This document shows positions 1 to 7,894 of a DNA stretch of 53,904 bases, in pieces; position 1 is the stretch's first letter; each line of letters starts with the position of its first letter. The notes beneath the pieces are model-generated. The model made no database searches. It saw nothing but the letters and a program-made list of their open reading frames with translations, and was not told the DNA's origin. A program made the position numbers and the translations under genes. The stretch is from positions 1 through 53,904 of IMG/VR virus record IMGVR_UViG_3300034022_000969; one strand, 5' to 3'. Source of the stretch: a virus (taxonomy: Duplodnaviria > Caudoviricetes).

Positions 1-80
1 AACTTCGCGAAACGAAACAGGCATTTCTCAGCGGTATTCATTGGCTGGCAGCACGCGATGACTATTCCCCGAATGAGCTT
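1..80. repeat. Terminal direct repeat, left copy (circular assembly overlap)
   Basis: aacttcgcgaaacg...gaatgagctt is identical to 53825-53904. Confidence 0.97.
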
Positions 81-171
81 CAGGCCGCAGTCAGACAAAT
101 TCTAGGGGAGAATAACCCGTTCATAAATCCTTGTATTGCGGATAATAAAAAACGAGAGGAAACGTTATCAA

Positions 172-447
172 ATGACACGGGAAACGAGTAAGTATTGCGA
201 GCAATGTGAAGTGCAATCATATATGCAGGATAGTGAGGGAAACTCAGTGAGGACATTCCTGATTCAGGACACACGCGGCAAAGATTCCGTGCCGATAGAG
301 TGGGCAGAGGAAGCCTACAAGGAATACGCAACGCAGTTCGGGACGAGTCAATCACTGGAGGACCTGGGAGCGCGTGGTGGTTTTGGGGCAACGGGAATAG
401 CTATGCTGCTGTTTCAGAGGATCAAGCGAATTCAGGCGTCAGCATGA
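172..447 (+). CDS. Hypothetical protein
   Basis: ATG at 172 with upstream GAGG; C-terminal QSLEDLGARGGFG. Confidence 0.7.
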   Translation: MTRETSKYCEQCEVQSYMQDSEGNSVRTFLIQDTRGKDSVPIEWAEEAYKEYATQFGTSQSLEDLGARGGFGATGIAMLLFQRIKRIQASA

Positions 448-469
448 CATGGGGTTGGGGGGATGAGGA

Positions 470-661
470 ATGACTGACGCGGAAAAACACTTAAAAACAC
501 TAGATCATATCGCAAGAGAGAACATTTGCTGGATGGACAATTCAGATGTTACGGAAGCGGCAAAATGGGCATTGTCCGAGATCGAGCGACTCACAACCGA
601 AATTAAAGACCGGAAAAGCCAAATCGAGTATGAGCGAAAGCAATGGAAGAAAAAAAGGTAG
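470..661 (+). CDS. Hypothetical protein, end of the early operon
   Basis: GAGG RBS; helical 63 aa. Confidence 0.65.
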   Translation: MTDAEKHLKTLDHIARENICWMDNSDVTEAAKWALSEIERLTTEIKDRKSQIEYERKQWKKKR

Positions 662-722
662 GCAGTGACCGGTCTGGACAAACTAAGCCAGTTTGGTGAA
701 ACTGATACTTGAGCGAGTGAAG

Positions 723-774
723 AATTCAACGGCTCGGCGGCTGCGTATTGCGGCGGTCGGGCCTGTTTTCGTTT
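723..774 (+). promoter_or_regulatory. Conserved leader hairpin + TTTTCGTTT (attenuator/terminator-like), copy A
   Basis: AATTCAACGGCTCG...CGGGCC-TGTTTTCGTTT; the 14-mer is identical at 10819-10832. Confidence 0.6.
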
Positions 775-787
775 AAGGGTCCAAGTC

Positions 788-1243
788 ATGCAAGTCATTA
801 CAAGACGAACTCAGATCGCGTTGCTGTTGTTTGCCATCGCCGGGTTGTGCTTGCTGGCGTTCGTTTGGATCGGTGGAAGCACTGTGCGTTCCTACGCAGC
901 AACTGGGGCCGTTCCGACGGACAGCGGGTGGTACGCGATGGCCACATCGATTCTCAGTGCGGCTGGATTCTCGGTCGCGGGCGTTGTGACGTTGATCATT
1001 CGTCGTGTGATCCCAGGGGCACCGGCAGTCACTGAGAACAATATCAGCGAGGTGGTCGAGTTGTCCGCGTCGTTTTTGGCGCTGATGAAAGATCGCACGA
1101 ACCGTGCCGCACAGCGTCGATTCTTTTTCGCGTTGGTTGATGCGTCAAAATTGATGCCAGGAGTCGAGACAACTCACGAGGGGGGCGTTGTGAGCCTGAA
1201 ATACAGTGGGTTTGCCGAGCCTGTTGCGGAGATTAAGACTTGA
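788..1243 (+). CDS. Two-TM membrane protein (holin-like position)
   Basis: Hydrophobic segments IALLLFAIAGLCLLAFVWIG and WYAMATSILSAAGFSVAGVVTLII. Confidence 0.75.
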   Translation: MQVITRRTQIALLLFAIAGLCLLAFVWIGGSTVRSYAATGAVPTDSGWYAMATSILSAAGFSVAGVVTLIIRRVIPGAPAVTENNISEVVELSASFLALMKDRTNRAAQRRFFFALVDASKLMPGVETTHEGGVVSLKYSGFAEPVAEIKT

Positions 1244-1300
1244 TCGAAGCGAGTGACGAGGTTGTTCAGTTGATCAAGGAATTTTGCCGCGAGAGACATC

Positions 1301-1627
1301 ATGAAGCGAATCGCCGTGTTGATCATGCTTGCCGTCGGGTGTGGGCCGTTAACGAAGTTGCCCGACCAAAAGGACAATCCACCACAACCGATCGTGATCG
1401 AGCACGCTCCGGCGTCTGAGATCTGGATTGCGTTGGCTCACGTTGTCGAGACGGGTGGCGTGCCGAATCTCAAGGAGCTGGCACGGTTGGTCAAGGTGCT
1501 GTCCGACAATGGCGAGTTGGCCAGTTCCGACGTGGTTGCGTTCGATTCGGCATTTCCCGGGGCTCCGACCTCGGTGAGTGATCTGGACCAAAAAAACGTC
1601 AGCCAGAAACTGCGGGGGATAAAGTGA
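1301..1627 (+). CDS. Predicted lipoprotein
   Basis: Signal MKRIAVLIMLAVG-C with lipobox-like cleavage site. Confidence 0.75.
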   Translation: MKRIAVLIMLAVGCGPLTKLPDQKDNPPQPIVIEHAPASEIWIALAHVVETGGVPNLKELARLVKVLSDNGELASSDVVAFDSAFPGAPTSVSDLDQKNVSQKLRGIK

Positions 1628-2643
1628 GCAGCGAAATGACGAACTTTCCCACCGGCTACATTTACGACCCTCAGCGAATTCAATCATCGATCGCCGACCG
1701 AATCGCACTCGGTCAGAACGTGATGGGGTCGGCCTATGCTGCGGCCAGTGCCCCACAGTTGCCCGGAACCTGGCGACGATTGGTTGCCGACGGTTATACC
1801 GGGGTGTTCCTGCGAGATCGCGAATTGCGGTTGCTAGGACAATATCGGCGACCAATGTTCCAAAAATCAGGAACTTGTGTTGCTCGCGGCATGTGTCGAG
1901 GGGTTCAGCTTTCGCTTGACTATTCCATCGTCGAGCGAAAATCGCTTCTGAGGCCGGTGGAAATCTCGTTCGCACCGATTTATTCATTCGCTCGACACGA
2001 GATCGGGCGGGACCGTTGTGGGGCTGGCGATGGGGCTATTCTGAGCGATGCGGCGCGAGCGGTGAATGATCTGGGTGTGGCGACGACGGATCTGTTCCCT
2101 GGCACATCAGAGGACGACGTTGAGCGGCTGGCTGTGCGATACGCTGCTCCTGGAGTGGGATCACCGTCGAGTTGGATCAAAGCGGCGGCTGGTCACAAAT
2201 GCGTGACGTTTTGGCCGGAATCGCTGGAGATGATTTTCGATTGTTTGGCAGCAGGTTTTGCTGTGCCATACGCGATGAATTATATCACCGCAAAGCCGAA
2301 CGGAGTCGGGCTGTCGGACCTCGGGAGCTTCGGTCCGCATTGCCGGTGTTTTGTTGGGGTCTATCTTGACGAGAACGGCGAGACCCAGCTTGAATCGTCG
2401 GAGTCATGGGGACGGTTTCCCGCTGGCGATCCGCGACTCGAAGACTCGACCATGCCGATTGATGAGATTCCGCGGATCACGATCCGGTACGCGGGGGGAA
2501 CCAAAACTTTGGCACCTGGCGATGTGGGTGTGAATGCCAAACGGTTCTGGGCGCAAATCCAAACAAACGGCGAAGCGTGGGCGGTTGGTCCGCCGAAATT
2601 TGAAGCAGGTTCAGTAGGTGAGCTCGTTCGAAAGGCGGTTTAG
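1624..2643 (+). CDS. Papain-like (C1-clan) cysteine peptidase
   Basis: Q..C motif QKSGTCVARG, His in GPHCRCFVG, SESWG at the NSWG position; GTGA-coupled to the lipoprotein. Confidence 0.7.
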   Translation: MSSEMTNFPTGYIYDPQRIQSSIADRIALGQNVMGSAYAAASAPQLPGTWRRLVADGYTGVFLRDRELRLLGQYRRPMFQKSGTCVARGMCRGVQLSLDYSIVERKSLLRPVEISFAPIYSFARHEIGRDRCGAGDGAILSDAARAVNDLGVATTDLFPGTSEDDVERLAVRYAAPGVGSPSSWIKAAAGHKCVTFWPESLEMIFDCLAAGFAVPYAMNYITAKPNGVGLSDLGSFGPHCRCFVGVYLDENGETQLESSESWGRFPAGDPRLEDSTMPIDEIPRITIRYAGGTKTLAPGDVGVNAKRFWAQIQTNGEAWAVGPPKFEAGSVGELVRKAV

Positions 2644-2645
2644 CG

Positions 2646-3848
2646 ATGATCAAAAACCCTATTTTTGTAGGGGTCCCGGGCAGTCGCTCGAAGGCCTCGA
2701 TTCTGATGATTCTGGTGCTCTGTCAAACCGCAATTTTGGTGCGTGCCGACGATCGCGAAAAGGCCGTTGCGGCCGTAGTCGTGGCTCGGGCTCAGATCGC
2801 AATTGCCGACGATCAGCCATCGTTGCCAGCGTCTGCAGCAGTTGCCGAAAATGTTGCAATCCCAGAAACGAATGTTGCAATCGTCGAACCGATTCGGTTT
2901 GAGGTTCCGCAGCAATCCCCAGTCAGTTACGTGATGCCAGCACAACTCGTCGTGAGGCATTGGGCGAGGGGATGCGCTCGCGGTGACCGGCAGGTTCGAG
3001 AGATTGAGAGGGTTTTGAAGCCGCTGAGATGGTCGATCGGAGACGGGCCAGAAAACCAAATCCAGATCGTCACGACGGAAGATCAAAGCTACCCGTGTCC
3101 GACAATCGAGCTTTATCAGAACGGTGTGATTATCAATACGTGGCAGGGGCTGACTCACGTCAACACGCTGTCTGCCGAACTGCGGTCAGCATGGGAGTCT
3201 GCGGGACCATCGCAGACCGTCGCTCAGGCCGGGCCAGCGGGTGCGATTCAGGGCCGGAAACAAATCCACGATATGCTGACGTGGTGGCGAGCGAACATCG
3301 GAGAGCGAGTCAAAGCCACGGCACGATGGGACCGGACGGGGGCTCAGTCGTTTCCGCTGCTCGCAAAAGGCGATTGGTCGATTGGTGCTCTGTGCGGAAA
3401 GTACGGTCACGTTGAGGCCGCTGCGAAGGGCTCGAAGTACCCAATTGATGCGATTGGATTCGGATATCGAGTCGCAGGAGATGACGTTACGGTTGACCTC
3501 GATCCAGTGACGATCAAGGGGCTAAAGCTGAGCAAGTCGGACACGATGCAATCCGGACCGTCTGAGTTTGGGCCGGGTACGTTGTTGACGGTCTTGACTG
3601 TTGTACGCGGAATTTACTCGCTGTTGCATCCGACGTGCGACCTGCAACTGGGCGGGACCGTCTCAGCGACTGGGGTTCTCAACGGTGACACGCTGGCGAT
3701 CGACTTTGAGAACTGCCCATCAATCAAGTTGGTGGCGTTGTTCACATTTCAATTGGCCGTCAAACGGCTGGAGATCAAGAAGGATTCGGTGAGAGTGTTG
3801 TTCACCGGGTCGAGACTCGTGAAAGAGCGTACGTTCGCGGTTCAGTGA
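2646..3848 (+). CDS. Exported protein with degenerate thioredoxin-like domain and beta-rich C-terminus
   Basis: Signal-like ILMILVLCQTAILVRA; WARGCARG at the WCxxC position; PCPTIELYQNG cis-Pro region. Confidence 0.6.
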   Translation: MIKNPIFVGVPGSRSKASILMILVLCQTAILVRADDREKAVAAVVVARAQIAIADDQPSLPASAAVAENVAIPETNVAIVEPIRFEVPQQSPVSYVMPAQLVVRHWARGCARGDRQVREIERVLKPLRWSIGDGPENQIQIVTTEDQSYPCPTIELYQNGVIINTWQGLTHVNTLSAELRSAWESAGPSQTVAQAGPAGAIQGRKQIHDMLTWWRANIGERVKATARWDRTGAQSFPLLAKGDWSIGALCGKYGHVEAAAKGSKYPIDAIGFGYRVAGDDVTVDLDPVTIKGLKLSKSDTMQSGPSEFGPGTLLTVLTVVRGIYSLLHPTCDLQLGGTVSATGVLNGDTLAIDFENCPSIKLVALFTFQLAVKRLEIKKDSVRVLFTGSRLVKERTFAVQ

Positions 3849-4145
3849 TGTGGATGAGTCAAGTTAGAGTGTTTCAATTGGAGAGCTTTAGATGAAATCG
3901 AAACTGCGTGGTGGCGGCGAGCTGACGCTGCAAATCCCGAGCAAGCGAGCGAAAGGCGACGTAAAATTTGCAACCATGCGAAGACTCGAAGAGCTGATTG
4001 ACGCTGCGGAACAACTGCAGAACGACGCCAGGTAAGTTATGAAAACACGCGTCACTGCGGCGATAATTCCGCGTCCGGTTTCGGAGTGACGCGGCGGGCC
4101 GTGAGGGGAACCCGCCGAATTTTTGCAAACTGAGGGGAGGTGATC

Positions 4146-4262
4146 TTGTCTGAATGGTGGGTGGGATTCTGCTGGGGAGGTGCGACCGCGACGAGCATTA
4201 TGCTTGGCGCGGCCATTGCATTGGTGAGATGGCTAAACAGCAACGTAGGACCACGATTTTGA
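4146..4262 (+). CDS. Small single-TM peptide (38 aa, not in ORF track): MSEWWVGFCWGGATATSIMLGAAIALVRWLNSNVGPRF
   Basis: GGAGGTGA RBS before a TTG start; stop overlaps the next start (TTGA). Confidence 0.55.
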   Translation: MSEWWVGFCWGGATATSIMLGAAIALVRWLNSNVGPRF

Positions 4263-4915
4263 AAACTGAAAGTCGATTACAATTTCCAACATGGCAGGAA
4301 TTGGCGTTTGTCTGCGTTCTCATGGTATTGATCGCGACAATTGTGATTTTGGCAACGGGATCACCGCAACGATTCGTAGCACCCGAGCCAGTGGAAAGTC
4401 CGATCGTCGAGCAGATTTCCGAAGTCGAGTTGCTCGAGATTGGCGGCGGCGAATTTGGCGACGATACGAACGGTCCTTATGGAGTGTTGCCACCCAGGGC
4501 CGGGACGGAATGGGTCAAGAAGTTTGAGCAAACTAAACGGGTCAGGGTAAAAACGTTTCCGCTGTGCGAGGGCTGCGGACGGACCCCTGACGATTTGGGA
4601 CGTTACCCTGACCAGCACCACAAGGTTTCGGTTTATCGGATCATCACGGAAAAACTTGATGAGTCGCTGCTGTGGGACGAAGCGAACCTAATCTCGCTGT
4701 GCAAGACGTGTCATCAGCAGTACGGTCACCCGGATGGGTGGGCTACGTCAAATCCGGATGTGGAACGTGATGCCAAGGGGGCGTTCAAACAGTGTCAGGG
4801 GATATCCTACGCGGCGGCGGTTACCGAGTGGCGAGCCAAGCAGCCGACTCCAGCCACGCTGACGAAGGATAGGCGACGATCAAACCGTGAGAGCAAAACG
4901 ACAGTTATCCCGTGA
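4259..4915 (+). CDS. HNH endonuclease-like protein with N-terminal TM anchor
   Basis: CEGC...QHHK...NLISLCKTCHQQYGH; TM LAFVCVLMVLIATIVILA; start placed at the coupled TTG (alternative ATG 4229). Confidence 0.75.
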   Translation: MKTESRLQFPTWQELAFVCVLMVLIATIVILATGSPQRFVAPEPVESPIVEQISEVELLEIGGGEFGDDTNGPYGVLPPRAGTEWVKKFEQTKRVRVKTFPLCEGCGRTPDDLGRYPDQHHKVSVYRIITEKLDESLLWDEANLISLCKTCHQQYGHPDGWATSNPDVERDAKGAFKQCQGISYAAAVTEWRAKQPTPATLTKDRRRSNRESKTTVIP

Positions 4916-4966
4916 ACTGTTTAGCAATTCTTGACAGTTGAAAAATCAAGGGAGGGGGTCAATCAA

Positions 4967-5161
4967 ATGGCATCAATCGTGGAAATCATGGAGTTGCAGG
5001 ACATCAGGCAAGAGATACGGCATTTGACCCGTCGCCAATGGCGTGTCGCTGTGTACGTGATTTTGTTCATCGTCGGGTCAAGTGCGATGTGTCGCCAGAT
5101 CCATATCAATGCTTTAGCGGCCAGAGCAGAGGAACGGTCCCATGCTGTCGATTCTCGCTGA
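4967..5161 (+). CDS. Small single-TM protein
   Basis: GGAGGGGG RBS; VAVYVILFIVGSSAMC. Confidence 0.6.
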   Translation: MASIVEIMELQDIRQEIRHLTRRQWRVAVYVILFIVGSSAMCRQIHINALAARAEERSHAVDSR

Positions 5162-5453
5162 AACTGGAGTGGATGCTGCAGGGTTGGCAGCGGGTGCCAG
5201 TGCGTTGCTGAATACCGGGGCTACGCTTTGGTTTTTCTATTACTGTCACACCGTCACGTTGCCCGAGCAGCAAAAGCAATCTCGCGAACTGATGAGGGAA
5301 AAAGACGTTGCTCACGCTGCGGAGTGTGACAAGCTGCGAGATATTTTCGCTGACCAGCTGAAAGAAGCACGGTTGGAGCGGGAAGCGATCGTGAATGAGC
5401 TACGAGCGAATCGCGAAGCATTTGAACGGTGGAAAAACGAACATAAGGCGTAA
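5142..5453 (+). CDS. TM + coiled-coil protein (holin-like)
   Basis: N-terminal hydrophobic segment, charged helical C-terminus. Confidence 0.6.
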   Translation: MLSILAETGVDAAGLAAGASALLNTGATLWFFYYCHTVTLPEQQKQSRELMREKDVAHAAECDKLRDIFADQLKEARLEREAIVNELRANREAFERWKNEHKA

Positions 5454-5457
5454 CAGC

Positions 5458-5811
5458 ATGAGATTCCGTCGAGCGTTCGAATGGTTCAGCGAGTTCTGCG
5501 GAGTCTGTTTAGGGTGTGGCCTGCTGTGGTGCCACTTGCGGATCGTCATGCTCGAAGAAAGAATTCATTGGCTTGAGACGATCGAGCCCAAGCAGGCGAT
5601 TCAAAACAATAATCAACAAGTGTTTGTTGAAGATCCACGCAACGAACTCATTCGCGAAATCGCGACTCAGAACGGATGGAAACCCGATGTCAACCGGACC
5701 AATGACCCCGCCAAGCAACCTGCCAGCAAACCCGCAGCTGGCCCCGCCAAACAATCCGAGCCGGGCACGTTGTCTCGAAATACAGGCGGCACTGGAGCGA
5801 ATCCGAAATGA
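5458..5811 (+). CDS. TM + coiled-coil hypothetical protein
   Basis: FCGVCLGCGLLWCHL hydrophobic segment, then polar tail. Confidence 0.55.
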   Translation: MRFRRAFEWFSEFCGVCLGCGLLWCHLRIVMLEERIHWLETIEPKQAIQNNNQQVFVEDPRNELIREIATQNGWKPDVNRTNDPAKQPASKPAAGPAKQSEPGTLSRNTGGTGANPK

Positions 5812-5956
5812 GCGGATCCGGCTGGTGGCGGCGGTCCAGATTGCCCAGGCGACTGTGATTGCGGCTCAGCGGGATGTCGAGGGCAACATGAATGCGGAGT
5901 GCGTGTTGCTGGGTGAGGGGTATCAGCTGGGGTGCAATTTGGGGACGGGATCGTAA
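5687..5956 (+). CDS. Hypothetical coiled-coil protein overlapping the previous gene
   Basis: Pro-rich N-terminus, then amphipathic helix. Confidence 0.45.
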   Translation: MSTGPMTPPSNLPANPQLAPPNNPSRARCLEIQAALERIRNERIRLVAAVQIAQATVIAAQRDVEGNMNAECVLLGEGYQLGCNLGTGS

Positions 5957-5967
5957 TCATTGGTAGG

Positions 5968-5996
5968 TTGACATTATGCACACTGGCGTGTATAGT
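5968..5996 (+). promoter_or_regulatory. Near-consensus sigma70 promoter with overlapping palindrome; probably a leaderless transcript
   Basis: TTGACA-17-TATAGT; ATG 6003 lies 7 nt past the -10; TATGCAC-N6-GTGTATA imperfect palindrome over spacer and -10. Confidence 0.8.
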
Positions 5997-6002
5997 GATG
6001 GC

Positions 6003-6200
6003 ATGAGCTGGTCAGAGTACATTCGCGATGCAGTCAAAAAGAGCGGCAAAACTACCTATAAGATTGCCGTGGAGTCTGGCGTTCCGGTCCAAACTGTGGA
6101 TCGGTTTATGGCTGGGGCGGATGCGAAATTGTCGACAGCGGAAAAAATTGGCCAGGTGGTGGGCGTGGAGGTGACCGATGGCAGAGTGGCCGGGGAGTGA
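6003..6200 (+). CDS. XRE/Cro-like HTH regulator
   Basis: SGKTTYKIAVESGVPVQTVDRFMAG...LSTAEKI HTH pattern. Confidence 0.85.
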   Translation: MSWSEYIRDAVKKSGKTTYKIAVESGVPVQTVDRFMAGADAKLSTAEKIGQVVGVEVTDGRVAGE

Positions 6201-6900
6201 TGAGCTGTGTCAGCAGGTGGCGTCGACTACCTCGGACAGCTGCGTGCTGATGTTCTCGCGCGGTAAGGATGCCGTGGGGGCGTGGCTGCAGTTGCGGCGA
6301 TTTTTCAAGCGGATCGAGCCGGTGTTCTTGTACCTTTGCCCGGACCTGTCGTTTGAGTTCGAGTCGCTGAAATACTATGAGGATTATTTTGGCCAGAAAA
6401 TCCACCGACTTCCGCACCCGAGTTGCTACCGACTTCTGAATGCGGCTGCGTTTCAAACTCGATGGGGCGCTGAGGCCGTGTGGGAACAGCAGTTGCCGAA
6501 TTTTGCCTACCGCGATGTGCAGCAGGTAATAATCGAGGATTGCGGTCTGGATGCGATCACCCAGGCGGCTGTGGGTGTGCGGGCCTGCGACTCGATGATG
6601 CGGCGCGTGTCGATCAAGACCCATGGGCCGTGGTCTCGTCGCAAGGGCGAGTTTTTTCCGATCTGGGACTGGAATGCCGAGCGATTGCGGCAGGAATTGA
6701 GGGCCGCGAAGGTCAAGTTGCCGGTCGATTATGAATGGTTTGGTCGGTCGTTTGACGGGATCGATCGCCGATTTACCGAGCCGTTGCGGCGGCACAGTCC
6801 AGCGGATTTTCAGAAACTCAAGGCCTTTTTTCCGTTGATTGAGGCTGATCTCAAACGGTATGAATTCAATGGGAGGCGTCATGGCCAAAAAGCAAACTGA
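6178..6900 (+). CDS. PAPS-reductase-like PP-loop (adenine nucleotide alpha-hydrolase) protein
   Basis: FSRGKDA PP-loop, GVRACDSMMRR, FPIWDW; no C-terminal ECGLH. Confidence 0.8.
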   Translation: MAEWPGSDELCQQVASTTSDSCVLMFSRGKDAVGAWLQLRRFFKRIEPVFLYLCPDLSFEFESLKYYEDYFGQKIHRLPHPSCYRLLNAAAFQTRWGAEAVWEQQLPNFAYRDVQQVIIEDCGLDAITQAAVGVRACDSMMRRVSIKTHGPWSRRKGEFFPIWDWNAERLRQELRAAKVKLPVDYEWFGRSFDGIDRRFTEPLRRHSPADFQKLKAFFPLIEADLKRYEFNGRRHGQKAN

Positions 6901-7282
6901 GCTGCGGCGGCAACTGGATTCGCTGAGTGATGAGGATCTGGCTGCATTGCTGGCCAGTATGCCGGTCGATGTGCCCGCCGAGACTGGCGAGGTGCAGTCG
7001 AAAAAAGAGCTATCCGAGACCCTGAAAGCCATCGCTGGCCGACAGAAGATCGAGAAAGAGCGGCGTGATGCTGCGACAGATGGCGAATTCTGGGCTCAGC
7101 TGATTTTCGACAGCAAGATCCAGCGTGATGCCTTTTTTGCGGGGCTGGCTGCGTCGCATCTGCTGGAGGATCAGTGGGTGGATGGTATAGCCTTGGCAGA
7201 GCACCTGCAGATAGAATTGCCACCGAGTCCGGTGTTATCGAGCGGTGAGCCGACAACCGCGTGGAATGAATTTGTCGGCTAG
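6881..7282 (+). CDS. Hypothetical partner protein of the PP-loop enzyme
   Basis: GGGAGG RBS before ATG 6881; overlaps the upstream gene. Confidence 0.75.
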   Translation: MAKKQTELRRQLDSLSDEDLAALLASMPVDVPAETGEVQSKKELSETLKAIAGRQKIEKERRDAATDGEFWAQLIFDSKIQRDAFFAGLAASHLLEDQWVDGIALAEHLQIELPPSPVLSSGEPTTAWNEFVG

Positions 7283-7296
7283 GAAGGGGTGAAATC

Positions 7297-7368
7297 ATGA
7301 GAGGTCGATCGGGAAGTGGGTTTGGAAAAGGGACGACGGCTGGTGCTCGCAAGCTTTCGGGGAGCTGA
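7297..7368 (+). CDS. 23-aa basic Gly/Ser-rich micropeptide MRGRSGSGFGKGTTAGARKLSGS
   Basis: AGGAAGGGG RBS; fills the gap between 7282 and 7373; below the ORF-track cut-off. Confidence 0.6.
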   Translation: MRGRSGSGFGKGTTAGARKLSGS

Positions 7369-7372
7369 GTGA

Positions 7373-7894
7373 ATGGATCGTGACGCCGTTTTGAACCGAT
7401 TGAATTCGTTGCTGGCGGCCAAGCGGTCCGGGACGCAACCAGTGGAACAACCTGCTGGGCAAAACACGGATCTGACTTCCTCCCCGGTTACTCCTAGCGG
7501 GGGGCTGGGGAGGAGAGTTAGGCTGGAGGGCTCGCAGCTGACCGCGATCAAGGAAGCGCGGATGCTGGCCAGGGCGGTGAAGTGGCAGGATAAGCTGCGG
7601 TATCCTGTCGATATGACTCAGTCCGAGATTGAAGATCAGGTTGCGGAACGAGGTGAACCGCTACTGGCCGAACAGATCGCGATTGCGTCGTTCGAGCTGA
7701 TGAACGACTGGGACGGTCGGAACAAGTTGATTGGCATGCGGGCCGGGATGGACATGATCCGCACCGTGCAGGCTGATGACCACGCAAAAGAGCGATCGTC
7801 TGGCGGCGATGTCAACGTGAACATCGGCGATCAATACGTGCTTGTGCTGCCTCGGAACGGGCGGGAGTCAACGGCAATTGAGAAAGCTCCTTGA
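7373..7894 (+). CDS. terS: Terminase small subunit (putative)
   Basis: Directly upstream of and overlapping TerL; C-terminal YVLVLPRNGRE typical of TerS tails. Confidence 0.65.
   Translation: MDRDAVLNRLNSLLAAKRSGTQPVEQPAGQNTDLTSSPVTPSGGLGRRVRLEGSQLTAIKEARMLARAVKWQDKLRYPVDMTQSEIEDQVAERGEPLLAEQIAIASFELMNDWDGRNKLIGMRAGMDMIRTVQADDHAKERSSGGDVNVNIGDQYVLVLPRNGRESTAIEKAP

Noticed and set aside
1-80. Terminal repeat as a physical virion terminal repeat
   Set aside because: It falls in the middle of an ORF and has k-mer-like length; best explained as a circular assembly overlap
5458-5956. Overlapping i-spanin/o-spanin pair
   Set aside because: The overlapping ORF has no signal peptide or lipobox
6178-6900. 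cysH sulfur-metabolism auxiliary gene
   Set aside because: The catalytic C-terminal ECGLH is missing and there are no other sulfur-assimilation genes
6106-7032. Long minus-strand ORFs (also 8502-9155, 19707-20537, 46743-47450 and others)
   Set aside because: Antisense shadows of well-supported plus-strand genes in GC-rich DNA; no motifs
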